In this document: piece after piece, positions 63,759-64,000 of the stretch
Layout of the letters: each line of letters begins with the position of its first letter
How positions within the stretch are numbered: the first letter of the stretch is position 1
IMG/VR virus record: IMGVR_UViG_3300022680_000058
Location: 32,001-96,000 of that record
Length of the DNA stretch: 64,000 bases
Strand: one strand, 5' to 3'
From: a virus
The notes under the pieces: model-generated
The model's input: only the letters and a program-made list of their open reading frames with translations
Databases searched by the model: none
Told to the model about the DNA's origin: nothing
Program-made: the position numbers and the translations under genes

Positions 63759-63998
63759 TTACGCTGAAAGGTCCGCCCTGGCGTTCTCCGCATCCGCCAG
63801 AATATCAGCCTCCTCCTCCGTCAGCGCCTCCCTTGATGCTTCCCTGACCTCAGATCGAATCTCCCTCGCCTTATCAAAGATGTCTACATGGGTTTTCCCT
63901 TTGAACGGACCCTTGTATTTCATATCGAGAGACACCTTCAGAACAAACGTCGCGAACAAGCATATGATCTCATTGGCCACATACGAGACAACACTGAT
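63759..63998 (-). CDS. Hypothetical protein (5' truncated)
   Basis: Frame stays open to the window edge. Confidence 0.5.
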   Translation of the reverse strand: MSVVSYVANEIICLFATFVLKVSLDMKYKGPFKGKTHVDIFDKAREIRSEVREASREALTEEEADILADAENARADLSA

Positions 63999-64000
63999 GA

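Noticed and set aside
1-64000. Genome-wide stop-codon recoding
   Set aside because: Core genes are intact in the standard code, and both TAG (terL, 25131, 26181) and TGA (MCP, portal) end genes normally
1-64000. tRNA or rRNA genes and T4 late promoters (TATAAATA)
   Set aside because: None recognised by eye; tRNAscan-SE and a motif search would be needed to exclude them formally

Overview
A 64 kb segment of a large myovirus-type phage genome, almost entirely coded on the minus strand. In transcription order (right to left): (1) replication and recombination genes (GroES-like, DnaG-type primase, SSB, free-standing homing-type endonuclease, SF2 helicase, tandem MerR-HTH protein, RecA, Hjc-like and RuvC-like resolvases, Cas4-like nuclease, two HTH regulators) among many small hypothetical genes; (2) an intein-containing protein of unknown function, a modular polyprotein-like gene and a TGT/DpdA-like gene; (3) a T4-like head and neck module (intein-containing TerL, gp20 portal, gp21 protease-scaffold fusion, gp23 capsid, gp13/gp14 neck); (4) a contractile tail sheath, two gp19-like tube genes and an AT-rich cassette of putative virion accessory genes. 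The two most notable observations are: (a) an array of about 10 unrelated small proteins between the neck and tail genes that share N-terminal leaders ending in a gp21-type [LIVM]-x-E site, usually followed by a [YF]-x-[VI]-P-x-P motif and a Lys-rich patch, consistent with a modular capsid-cargo protein delivery system; (b) a 14-18 bp palindrome (core GGCAATCAATTGCC) present six times across the window, including inside an intein. No tRNA, rRNA or CRISPR array was seen. All functional calls come from motif recognition by eye; no database searches were run.
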